A stretch of DNA of 64,000 nt. It comes from Octopus bimaculoides (lineage: Eukaryota). The stretch is from NCBI RefSeq assembly GCF_001194135.2, contig NC_068981.1, positions 182,408,921 to 182,472,920 on the forward strand, written 5' to 3'. Below the pieces are notes generated by a model, which was not told the origin of the DNA, did no database searches, and saw nothing but the letters and a program-made list of their open reading frames with translations. A program made the translations under genes and the position numbers. This document shows, in pieces, positions 48,101 to 61,588 of the stretch (position 1 is the first letter of the stretch; each line of letters opens with the position of its first letter).

Positions 48101-51100
48101 ACCACTTTGAGAGTGTAGTGGGTGCTTTTTATGTGCCACCAGCACAAGAGCCAGCCAGGCGGGCCTGACATTGATCACGTTCGGACAGTGCTTTTTACGT
48201 GCCACTGGCACAGGGGCCAGTCAGGGAGTACTGTCATTGGCCATGTTTGGATTACATGCCACTAGCAGGGGCCAGTCAGTGGGTACAGGCATTGGTCACG
48301 TTCGGATGGTGCCTTTTATGAGCCACTGACCTGGGAGCCAGTCAGTGGGTACTTGCATCGGCCACGTTCGGATGGTGCTTTTACATGTCTATACGATGGG
48401 CTTCTTTCAGTTTCCATCTACCAAATCCACTCACAAGGCTTTGGTTGGCCTGAGGCTATAGTAGAAGACACTTGCCCAAGGANNNNNNNNNNGGCCTGAG
48501 GCTATAGTAGAAGACACTTGCCCAAGGAGTCACACAGTGGGACTGAACCTGAAACCATGTGGCTGAGAAGCAAGCTTCTTACCACACAATTATATTTATG
48601 TCTATGCACACAGCTACTCCTGTGCCTATAAAAGTAATATCCTTAGGCCAGTCAGGTGGTACTGGCAATGGCCACACCCAAAATGGTGTTTTTTACGTGC
48701 CGTCTGCACAGGGGCCAGTCCAGCGGCACTGGCAATGACCTCACTCGAATGTTTTTCACGTGCCACCGGCACAAGTGCCAGTAAGACAACGCTGGTAATG
48801 ATCATGCTCCAGCATTCTAATATATATTTTGGATCAATGATTTAATAATGATTTCAAATTTTGGTACAAGGCCAGCAATTTTGGTAAGTGAGTCAGTCGC
48901 TTATATTGACCCCATTCTTCAACTGGTACTTATTTTATTGACCCTGAAAGGATGAAATTCCACCTCAGTGGAATTTGAACTCAGAATGTAAAGACAGGCA
49001 AAATGTTACTGAGCTTTTGACTCAGTGTGCTAATTATTCTGCCAGCTCACTGCCTTTCATTGATTTAATAATGAGTTTATTGTATACAATGCTCTGGTGC
49101 CAAACAACTGGCCAGAAAAGGGTAAAACAGGGGACAGAAAGCAGCAATAAGTTTAGGGTGGTGAGCTGGCAGAATCGTGAGCATGCTGGGCGAAATGCTT
49201 AGTGATATTTTGTCTGCTGTTATGTTCTGAGTTCAAATTCCGCTGAGGTTGACTTTGCCCTTCATCCTTTTGGTGGTCGATGAAATAAGTACCGGTTATG
49301 CACTGGGGTTGATGTAATCGACTTAATCCCTTTGTCTGTCCTTGTTTGTCCCCTCTATGTTTAGCCTCCTGTGGGCAATAAAGAAATAAATAAGTCAAGT
49401 AGGAAAGACAACAATGATAGCCATAAATGTATGTATAGTACACAGAATGAGACACAAAATGATGGAAAAGTCAGCAGTAAAAGAGCCACAAAGAGGAAAG
49501 GGTGCACAGGAATGTCAGGAATAGTCTTGACAAATTTCATTAAGCATGGAATTTTGAAGGAAGCGGTATCCTGACAGCTAGTAACCAATATGGTATTTTC
49601 CATTATTTGACAATTCTGAGCATGTATATATGTTTCTGAACATCATGGATGCTGATGTGTTTGTGTTTTGTGTTTTTCTTTCTTTCATTTTATAAGCTGT
49701 CTTTCAAAAAGATGGTGACATTGTTGGAAATATGGTGAATAGTCTTGTGAGCTTCTGTCAACTAAACTCCTAGACAAGACTGCCTTTACTTTGTTTAACA
49801 ATGTTACTTGTTGATTTTTTTAGCTGCTAATATCCATGAGACATTAAAAATGTTATTTAGTCATATTAACATATCTTTTATAAATAAATCTTATGCAGGA
49901 AATTAACAATTTTACTTTGTACAGTAATTTAAAATTAAATCAAAATACATTGATTGACAAATTTATTGAACACATTTTTAACTTTAATCTGTATGAAAAA
50001 TAATTTTTATATTCTTAGAACAGAAAATGAACATCAGAGTCCAAAACGTAGGAAAATGAAACCTCCTAAATTTACAGGTGTTAAAGATATCAAAATGCCC
50101 TTAAAATTTAGCAACACTTCATTAAAGGTAAGATTTCTACTTCACATATAATGCACTGTTCATGATGACAGCGATTGTGATGATGATGATATATAATTGT
50201 TACTTGTGGTACAACTGTTACTTATAATAGTATGGCACCACATTAAAAGCACTTAGCACACACCATGAAGTGGTTGGCGTTTGGAAGGGCATCCAGTCAT
50301 AGAAGCTAAGCCAAATCAGACTGGAACCTGGTGCAGCTCTCCAGCTTGCAGACTTCAGACAAATCATCCAACCCATGCCAGCATAGAAAACGGACGTTAA
50401 AGGATGATGATGATGATGGCTTGAAATATACAATTACTAATATTGGTTTAAAATTTTGGCACAAGGCTAGCAATTTTGTGGGGAGGATGTAAGCTGATTA
50501 CATCAAACCCAGTGCTCAGCTGGTACATATTTCATCGACTGCGAAAGGATAAAAGCCAAGGTGAATGGGCAGATTGCTTAGCAGCATTTCATCCATTTAT
50601 ACGTTCTGAGTTCAAATTCCACTAAGGTTAACTTTGCCTTCCGTCCTTTGAAGGTTGATAAAATAAGTACCCAGCACAGGAGCCAGTGAGGTGAGCCTGG
50701 CATCAATCACATTTGGATGGGCTTTTTACATGCCACCAGCACAAGAGCCAGTCAGGAGGTACTGGCATTGGCCATGATCGGTTGGTGCTTTTTATGTGCC
50801 ACCGGCACGGGAGCCAGTCAGGGGGACCTGGCATCAACTACATTCAGATGGTGCTTTTTATGTGTCACTGGCATGGGAGCCAGTCAGGGAGCACTGACCA
50901 CAGCTATGATATTGGTTTTACTTGACTCAACAGGTCTTCTCAAGCATATCGTATCACCCGACGTATCAAGGGCACCCTTAACTGGGCTGGACATATGTGA
51001 CTGCGATCTCACTTTAGTTGTTGGATCTTCTCAATCATAGCATATTTCCAAAGGTCCCGGTCTCCTGTCATCGCCTCTGTGAAGCCCAATGTTTGAAGGT

Positions 51101-51374
51101 CATGCTTTACAACTTCATCCCATGTCTTCTTGGGTCTACCTCTTCCATTTAAATATGTAACGATGCTTCATCAGATAGACATATCTGCTTAGATATTTGA
51201 CGAAAAATATCAATTGAAAATATTTATAATTGTTAAGGCTTTATGAAAATACTTTATAAGAGCAAGCTTAATTATAAGTAATTAGATAATCTGAAATTAC
51301 ATAAATTCATAAATTTAAATCTATGTATGCATTAAAAAAAAAGATATATATATATGTATATGTATATATATATG

Positions 51375-51421
<47 letters not shown>

Positions 51422-53698
51422 NNNNNNNNNNNNNNNNNNNNNNNNNNNNNNNNNNNNNNNNNNNNNNNNNNNNNNNNNNNNNNNNNNNNNNNNNNNNNNN
51501 NNNNNNNNNNNNNNNNNNNNNNNNNNNNNNNNNNNNNNNNNNNNNNNNNNNNNNNNNNNNNNNNNNNNNNNNNNNNNNNNNNNNNNNNNNNNNNNNNNNN
51601 NNNNNNNNNNNNNNNNNNNNNNNNNNNNNNNNNNNNNNNNNNNNNNNNNNNNNNNNNNNNNNNNNNNNNNNNNNNNNNNNNNNNNNNNNNNNNNNNNNNN
51701 NNNNNNNNNNNNNNNNNNNNNNNNNNNNNNNNNNNNNNNNNNNNNNNNNNNNNNNNNNNNNNNNNNNNNNNNNNNNNNNNNNNNNNNNNNNNNNAATAAG
51801 TATTCAGTAACATGAGTTAGTTTCATTTTTTAAATTTATTTTAGATAACATCAAACCTTTAAAATTTCTATTGAGCAACTTCTTTTTCTCATTATAAGCT
51901 ATGATAGTTACTTTATTAATTTAGTTCTGCTGGACTGGCTCCTGCGCAGGTGGCACGTAAAATACACCATTTCGAGCATGGCCGTTGCCAGTACCGCCTG
52001 ACTGGCACTTGTGTCGGTGGCACGTAAAAGCACCCACTACACTCTCGGAGTGGTTGGCGTTAGGAAGGGCATCCAGCTGTAGAAACTCTGCCAAATCAGA
52101 TTGGAGCCTGGTGTAACCACCTGGTCCACCAGTTCTCAGTCAAATCGTCCAACCCATGCTAGCTTGGAAAGCGGACGTTAAACGATGAGGATGATGATGA
52201 TGATGATGGTATGTTATGGTATTAACCAGTGCATATTGTTCAATCGTCCCCAGCATGTCATGAGTTACTATGCTGAATTAAGAGAATAACAGCTTGCTGA
52301 CTTGATAGGGAATCAGTCTACAAGCCAAATGTTTTCATAATTCATATTATGTTGTCAGTGCTATGCTATTTCCATATCCAAGACAACTCATTCTTGCTGA
52401 TCCATCCTTCCCTGTAGTAAATAACTTACCATATTTTCCAGCACACAAGTTGATGTAGCATACGAGGGGCTGCTGAAAAGTTCCTGGTATTGGGTAAAAG
52501 AAAATACAGGAGGTTCAGTTAACTATGATTTTATTCAACATATTCTCCTCTCACATTCACACACTTATTGCAGTGCCCTTCAGTTTCTTCTAAACCCTGC
52601 AAAAAATTTGGATGGTTGGCCTTCATAATACCCTTAAAACCAGGAACTTTTCAGTAGCCCCTTGTATAGTGTAAACATGTAAAGTAAATGTTTGAACATC
52701 ATCATTATCTTTCCAAACCCTGCAGCATCTCACATGAAATTTTTAATTCTTCAAAGTTATCTTGTTGAATAAATTGACCTATTTTTTTATTGTTTTTTTT
52801 TTTTACTGTAAACATTGGTCTGAAAAATCTGACTTGTATATCAGAAAATCAGTTTTATTTGTCAATAGATACAGGTTAAACCTCACTAATCCACGATTAG
52901 TCTGGCAGATGGTGATCTGAATCTCATAGCCATTAGTTTGCCAAATGGTTACATAGCCACTTGTGATGCACCTTGTAGTTTATATCTGCTATAGCTAATA
53001 TACAGTGGTTGATCTTGCTATAGAGCTACAAATATAACTTATTTTTACTTCTTAAGGGGTACAAACATTACCTAATATTATTTATTTTACCCTTAAATAT
53101 GCCTCTAAAGCAACCAGCTGGTAGCGAAAGTAATCTTAACACAGCAAAACATAAATATATGACATGAACTCTGTTAAAAAAGGTGCCAGTACAGAAAAAA
53201 AAAAAAAAAAATAGTGAGTCATGCATAGTCTAGAGTCTTGTGCATATAATATAGTTTAAGTTCATCAACAGTGTATGACATTAAGCCTTTAGCATTTAAA
53301 CTGACCATATCTGACTATTGAAAAAGTTGCAAGACGCAACGAAAAAATTTTAGGAAAATAAAAATAAGGAATAAGTGGAAATTTTACTGGTGAGTGTGTT
53401 AAATTATAAGGCACAAAAAGAAAATGACTCTCACCAGACACAACAGAATATGTTTCAACACAAACTCACATAAAGAATCTTGCAAACCAAANNNNNNNNN
53501 NNNNNNNNNNNNNNNNNNNNNNNNNNNNNNNNNNNNNNNNNNNNNNNNNNNNNNNNNNNNNNNNNNNNNNNNNNNNNNNNNNNNNNNNNNNNNNNNNNNN
53601 NNNNNNNNNNNNGTAATATAAAGCTGAAGCAAATTAACACCAAATATACAGTGCGTGTGTTTTTATTGGCTAAACTGGCAATATGACCATCCCCAAGT

Positions 53699-53749
<51 letters not shown>

Positions 53750-56700
53750 TCCACTTAAGTTTGGGCTTCTTCTTTAATAATTTCTAGGATGCACAAAAAT
53801 CAGTTGACTGCAAAGATGTAATTCTTGACAGTGAAGGAAACATAATAGGGATGAGCAGATTAGATCCAGATCAACTGCCATCCAATCGGTAAGTATCTTC
53901 TCTTTTATCTTTTAACAGTTTCAGTCATTAGAGCATGGCCATGCCGGGGCACCACCTTGAAGAAGTTTTAGTCAAATGTATCAAACCCTGTACTTTTTTT
54001 TATAAGCCTGGTACTTATTCTACCAGTGTCGTTTGCCAAACCACCAAGTTATGGTGACATAAGCACACCAGCAGCAGTTGTCAAGTTGTGGTGGGCAGAC
54101 AAACACAAACACTAAAACACACACACACACATGATTGGTTTCTTTCAGTTTCCATCTACCAAATCCACTCACAAGGCTTTGGTCGGCTTGAGGCTATAGT
54201 AGAAGATACTTGCCCAAGGTACCATGCAGCAGGACTGAACCCTGAACCATGTAGTTGGGAAATAAGCTTCTTACCACACAACCACATCTGTGCCTATGTG
54301 CAAAAAAAAAAAAAGAAATGAAGTATTTTAAGAACTGAAAAGAGGATGTAAAGCATCTCCCTTTTTAAAATATTGCTGAACACTAATCTTTAATTAGAGT
54401 TACTTAAAAACTGATTGCTTGTGCAAGTGTTTTCAATTGAAAGGATCGTCAGGAGAGAATGCATACTATTTTAGAGCCTCCCTTCTGGTGGCTTTACAGT
54501 GCACTGTTTCAGGGCCCCTCTCTTGATGGTTACAGTGCATTTCTTCCTCCTCCTCTACTTCAATGATGTGAGGCCCCCACTTACTAGATTGACTGACTTG
54601 TTTGATTTAAAACCTATTTTGAGATCACCAGGACCATTTAATACAGGGAGGCAAACAAATACCTGCCTCATGTCCATTCATCACATCTCCAGCCAGGTTT
54701 CATCAATCCTTTCCTGCTGTATCCAAAGGCTGGCTCTCTCAACTGAATTTATAATTATGGTAACCAGAGCTGGATAATGACAGAAACCAATTAAACTATA
54801 ACTTAGAGTCTCAGAATTCTTTTATATCCATTATAGTTTTAGTATAGTTTAACCCTTTAGCATTCAGATTATTGTCAAATGTAATGCTTATTTATTCACA
54901 TTATTTTGACTTTATAATAGATTATCTTGTAGCTCTGAGATTTCAGTGATGTGATTGTTTATTTTTAGAAAGACATTGTTAGGTAGGTTTGAAGGCCTGA
55001 TCTGGCCAGTTTGAACATAAAACTGGCAGAATATTTGGGCCTGACATGGCCAGTTTGGATACTTAAAGAAGTGTAGCGTACACTTGAATGAAATTTCTCT
55101 CCCCTTTATTATATATACATATATTTGAACATAGCCGATAACAGCTAACCTTTGGCTGCTATTTGGACCCCTTTGTGTCCACTACTCTGGTTGGTATTGG
55201 TGCAATTTGTCTCTTAATCTGTCACACCAATATGCAGCGTATAACCAATCGGAGCCCCTAAATAAGATCATGTGAGACAGCCTTTTCTCAACCCTGTCAA
55301 GCCTACTGTTATATATAAAAACTCACCTTCACCTCATCTCGAGGTCTTTGGTTCCAGACCTTTTAAGGTCTGGCCATTGACTACACAAGACACAGCCAGT
55401 TCCAGTGACAATGCCAGAGGACAACACCTGTCAAACAACAACATGCCCAGGTTTCAACACAGCACTATTCGTGAATTACTTAACCATGGTTAACATCGAA
55501 TATACAACCTGTGAGAACTCCTGTACAAGTAACCCAGGCAGCAGCATTACAGCTACAACGTCATACGATACATACTGCAACCAGCTCTGCATCATCACCA
55601 CAACTTCTTGATACAGTATTTCAATCACCATGTGCAATTGACTACAAACTGGTATTTCTCATTCTTGTATCTATGAACATTCGTCTAACTTCTCATTATA
55701 GACTTTTTTTACTTTCTCCTTCAATGTTATTCTTATATGTAGCACATGCATACATCCATGTCTATACACACATACAATTTGTTCTCATGACGGCCTGTCT
55801 ATTATTCTGTATACATAATGCACACACAGACACAACATGTTATGGTATCAATAAAACCTTTCTCTTTTCCAACTGGCACATTTTCAAAGATGCAATCCTT
55901 GTCACACATTGTGTCATGCTGACACTGCCTAAAAATTACGTTACGGGCACACATGTTTATGGAATACTCAACCACTTGTACACTCATTCAATGACCAGAT
56001 AGTTCAGTTGATTTGAATTATCTGAATGTTCATCTTCAAAACTAACTGCAAACCATCCAACCAGTTAGCAAGTCATTCAACTATATCTTCTATCCTCTAT
56101 CTTTTACTTGTTTCAATCATTGAAGTGCAGCCATGCTGGAGCACTGCCCTGAAGTGTGCAATAATCAAATTAATAGCCCCTGCCCAGTACTTATTTGCTA
56201 AGTCTGGTACTTGTTCTATCAGTCTCTTTTGCTGAACTCCTAATTTATGGGAATGTAAACAAACCAACACTGGTTGTCAAGCATGGGGTCACACACACAT
56301 CCATACACACATGATGGGCTTCCACACAGTTTCTGTCTACCAAATTCATTCACAAGGCATTGGTCAGCCTGAGGCTATAGTAGAAGACATTTGCCCAAAG
56401 TGCTTTACTGTGGCACTGAACCCAAAATCACATGGTTACAAGGTAAGTTTCAGAACCACACAGACAAGCCTGTGCCTATACAACAGTAATATTTTCAAAT
56501 TCATGTTTTGCAGGGTCAGAGTGAAGTACCACATTCAAGAATGTTCAACACCTAAAAAAGCTATAAAACCCACAAAATCATTTAAATATCCAGAAAATAA
56601 AATGTTTAGCAAATATATATTTCGAAGACCTCAACAAGGTAAGTAAACAACAAAAATACATGTAGCCTCGTTTATCACTGATTGATACATCATTCATCCT

Positions 56701-59700
56701 AGATAACATGGTATGCTCAGTCTTGAGCCATATTATGCATATCACAAATTGATCTGGGATAACAAGGGTCAGTGATCAGTCAAAGATTCTGCAAAAATGT
56801 ACCCCAATGACTACCCACAATACTCAGCCACTCGAAATGCATTGACTATCACTTGTGTTTATATGACTGCTGCAAAGCTGTATATTTTTCACATGCAGGG
56901 GCAGACTGAGCCGTTGGTAAATTGGGCACTGCCCGAGGGCCTGGGTCACACTCTACCTGTTATCAATGCTAAAGGGCTTGGTAAACAGTTATGCCTGAGG
57001 GCCTTTAATACTTTCAGTCTGCCCCGTTCACGTGGATTCATACTTGCATGCATCAACATAAGACCAGTGAATAGGAAAAATACAAAGGCCCCTGATCTTA
57101 GAAAGCAATATTGATGAATGTATTCTCTGCAGGAAAGGGTAGAGATGACTGAGGAAATATGTGACAGTGGAATTTTTGCTGCTGAGGGCCACAAAATTGG
57201 TGTTGATGAATCTAACATCCGTTCCATTTACAAAGTGCACAGTGATGATTCATTTATCACTGTGGGTTTGAGAACCAAACCCTTGTGATAAATGAGGATA
57301 GATGTACTACCTTCTTACCTTTCCTTTTTTAACATTTAACCTTTATTTTGCATAAGACAAAGACAATGAAAGAATAAACGGGTTCTAGTTTCACAGCAGT
57401 TTTTGTAATTATGGAGTGGGAGCACAAAGCAGTGAAGTGTATAAATGCAATGTTATTACCAGTTCAAATATGCATGTGGCATATTTGAACTTGTAAAAAA
57501 AACTGTGTTTAGTCATGGAGAAAATTTCTTGCTGTAGACAAATGGTGTAAATACATCTAAATCAGTTTGCTGCATCACCTATCTGGATAGTGAGATGCAA
57601 GCATTTCAGAATGGTTATCTCCAGTCACAGACACTAGGCCAGTGATTCCCAAATTTTTTCTGGCTGCCTTGACACCCAGGCTACATTCCTAGCTTTCCCA
57701 CCCCAACTAACCATCACAAATATAGACCTCTTTCTGAAGCAAATTCAAAGCAACTATATTTCACAAATAAAACTTAACCTAGGTGCAGAAGTGGCTGTGT
57801 GGTAAGTAGCTTGCTTCCCAACCACATGGTTCTGGGTTCAGTCTCACTGCGTGACACCTTGAGCAAATGTCTTCTACTATGGCCTTGGGCCAACCAAAGC
57901 CTTGTGAGTGGATTTAGTAGACGGAAACTAAAAGAAGCCCGTCGTATATATGTATATATATGTGTGTGTGTGTGTGTGCTTGTGTGTCTGTGTTTGTCCC
58001 CCCAACATCGCTTGACGACCGATGCTGGTGTGTTTACGTCCCCGTAACTTAGCGGTTTGGCAAAAGAGTCCAATGGAATAAGTCCTAGGCTTACAAAGAA
58101 TAAGTCCTGGGGTCGATTTGCTTGACTAAAGGCGGTGCTCCAGCATGGCCGCAGTCAAAAAATGACTGCAACAAGTAAGAGTAATAAACCCATTATTTTG
58201 TTGTTTTTACGTGAATCGCCACCTCATTATTGCCCCACTTTTTACATAAATTGCTACCCCATTATCGCCCTACTTTTCTTCAACACCCCCTTGGAACCTT
58301 CCACTGCCCCCCGGGGGGGGGGGGGCAATACTGTACACTTTGGGAACCACTGCACAAGGTGGTGAGCCTATAGTGCTATCAGTCACCATATAGTGACTGA
58401 AATAACATAAGAGAAACAATCTCTTTTATCAGTTCACAGTGTCCCCTGCCTAGCGTCTGTGACTGAAGAGGAGATAACCACTTGAAAATGTTTGCGTCTC
58501 ACAGTCTAGATAGGTGGTGCTGAAAACTCATTTAGATGTATTTACACCATTTGTCTACAGCAAAAAAAATTTCTCTATGACAAAGCACAGCGAATGGCCT
58601 GTTTACAAGTTCAAATGTGCCACAAGCATATTTGAACAGATTTGTAATGTTTTTGTAATGTTAATGCTGCTGCTGTGTTGTTGTTTTTTTATTGTTGCTG
58701 TTGTTGTTGTCTCTGTTTTATCATCAAATATTTGACAGCTGTGTATTTAAAAGGATCACTTTGTGACCATGTGGTTTTGGGTTTGGGCCTACTGCACAGC
58801 ACCTTTGCCAAGTCAACTGTCTTCTACCACAATCCTGGGCAGACCAAAGCCTTGTAAGTGAATTTGTAAGATGGAAACTGAAAAGGAACCTTTGTATGTG
58901 TGTGTGTGTCTTTGCTAATTGTACCCCATCATACATTTGTTTGCAATCTTCCATGAAAACATGTCCGAACTAACAGAAAATATTTCCGTTGCTTGGAAAC
59001 AAATGAGGGTTGGCAACAGAAAGAGCCTCCAGTTGTAGAAAGTTCAGCCTCAACAAATTACATCTGACTTATGCAGGCATCGAAAAGAAAATTTTAAAAC
59101 AATGATGATAATGGTGGTGGTGTAGACTGAACCTGAAACCATGTGATTGTTAAGCAAGCTTCTTATCCACACAGCCACAATTATTTTTTTTAGATTATTA
59201 TTATATGAGTCTAAAGAAAAAACAATTAGCAATATTTTGGCAGAATTGCTACTACACTGGGCTAAATGCTAAGCGACATTTTGTCCATCTTTACGTTCTG
59301 AGGTCAACTTTACCTTACATTCTTTGGGGGTCAACAAAATAAGTACCAATCAAGCACTGAGGGTCAATGCAATTAACTTACTGCCTCCCCTGAAATTACT
59401 GATCCTGTGCCAAAATCTGAAATTAATATTTATTATTTCCTTTACAGGCAAGTCGCCAAAGAAAAATAGTCATTTTGGCACATCAGAATATGTATTATCA
59501 TCAAACTTTTTATCACTGGTAAGAATATTATTATCATTTTTTGATCAGCAAAGGTGTATGTGCACGAGTGGCTGGGCACTACAATGTAACAATGCATTAG
59601 TGTAACCCCTAAAAGAAAAGTCTACAATATTTGTTTTCAACATCAAGGGTGTCATCTATACTTGTGTGTGTGTGCAGTATGTCTTCCCGTAGAGAAGAGA

Positions 59701-61536
59701 CAGTTCTTATAGGATTTGTTGTCACAGTACTTTGTTTTTCATCCTTTAAGTACCGGTCAAACACTGGGGGTCATTATAATCAACTTACTTACTTCCTCTA
59801 AACTTGCTGGCCTTATGCTAAAAATTTGAGACAATTATTATTAGTCAACTAGTTAATTAATTAGTCAATCAACTAACTCATTGCTTGATTAATTCTTTGC
59901 TCAATCAATCAGCTGGTTTATCAGAGTCCTTCCATTGTCATTTACAACCTCATCATGGATGTGCTTGCATTGATCCGAGTCTGTTTCAATGAGAACTAAC
60001 CTGATATTATTTTTTTTCCCAATTAAGCAGAGCAGAGATATGTAAGACGCATTGCAAAAAAAAAAAACAACAAAAAAAATCAGCAGATCTATAGCCAAAA
60101 TCTATTTATAGATTGAATTCAGAAATAAACACTTGCGTCTAAAGCTTCCACTGTTGACCACATCAAAAGTATAGAAGTAAAATAAATAACCAAGATGATA
60201 AGATTACTGGGAATTTCATGATGTATCTGGACAGTATACTGAATTCTGCAGGCCTCAGTCTATGTGACTGCCTGAAATAGTTACTAAATCATTAGTGAAT
60301 GTTATGTGATACATTGGCAGCCAATCCAGAATGGTTGATTTAAGCTTGGAAAAAAGCATTAACATTTCACTGAAGGGAAACAAGTAGACTCTGGTCATTC
60401 ATCCATCTTCTTCACTCCCTATTCCTGTGAGGTTTGTTGGAGTAGAGTCCTCAGGCACCTCCTTCTTAGGGTCCTGTCAGAAGCAACTGATTGGATTCCC
60501 AAGCCTGACCAACAAAGACTATGAATAATATTACCGACCATCTTGTTTTTGGTCTTCCCCTGTGTTCCCTGCTGGTTAGCTTAGCTTGAAGAACCTGTCT
60601 TGTGAATCTTCCCTGCAACTTTTCTAATCACATGTCTGTAGTACCAGAGCTGTGACCTTTCAATGCAGAGAATTAGTGGTTCAACCTGGTGAGACTCCTT
60701 GATCTCTGAGCTATGCACCCTTTTGGATAATATTACTTGACAGATCCTTCAGAGGGACACCGTTTTGGCCACTAGCATTCACAATTGTACCCTTTCGGTC
60801 ATTACTTAACATTCATGTCCATAGATAAGGATAGGCACGAAAACCAAATGAAGATGGCAAGCTTGACTTTTTTGCCTCTTCTTATGAGGATCAAATGTTG
60901 GAGCTGCCGCATTACTGTGCCAGCATCTGCATTTCTAGCTTCCAGTTCAGTCTTTTGTTTTCCATCACCCATAAATATGACCGAGATATCTAAACTTCTT
61001 CATTTGCAGACTCAGATTATTCTTTTTTTTTTTTCTTCTCTGTTTAAACAGATGGAGTCAATAGAACTAGTCCCTGGAGTCAAGATCAAAGATGATAAAA
61101 CAACAAAATCTGGCCCCAAAATCGTGAGTATTATATCATGCATAAATAAGAGTAGTTAAGAAGTTCACCTCACAACCTCATGGTTCTAGTTTCAATCCCA
61201 CTGCACTGCACTACACCATGGACATGTGGTTTCCATCTTAAACAAGGGTCAACCAATACTTTGCAAGTGCGACTTGGTAGATGTAAGTTGTGCAATGCAT
61301 AAAATATATATTTTATTCTTTTACTTACTTCAGTCATTTGATTGCGGCCATGCTGGAGCACTGCCTTAAAGGGTTTTTAGTCAAAACAATCGACCCCAGG
61401 ACTTATTCTTTGTAAGCCTAGTACTTATTCAATCAGCCTCTTTTGCCAAATTGCTAAGTTACAGGGACAAACACACCAGCATCGGTTGTCAAATGATGGA
61501 AGGGGGACGAACACAGACACACACACATAAATACAC

Positions 61537-61588
<52 letters not shown>

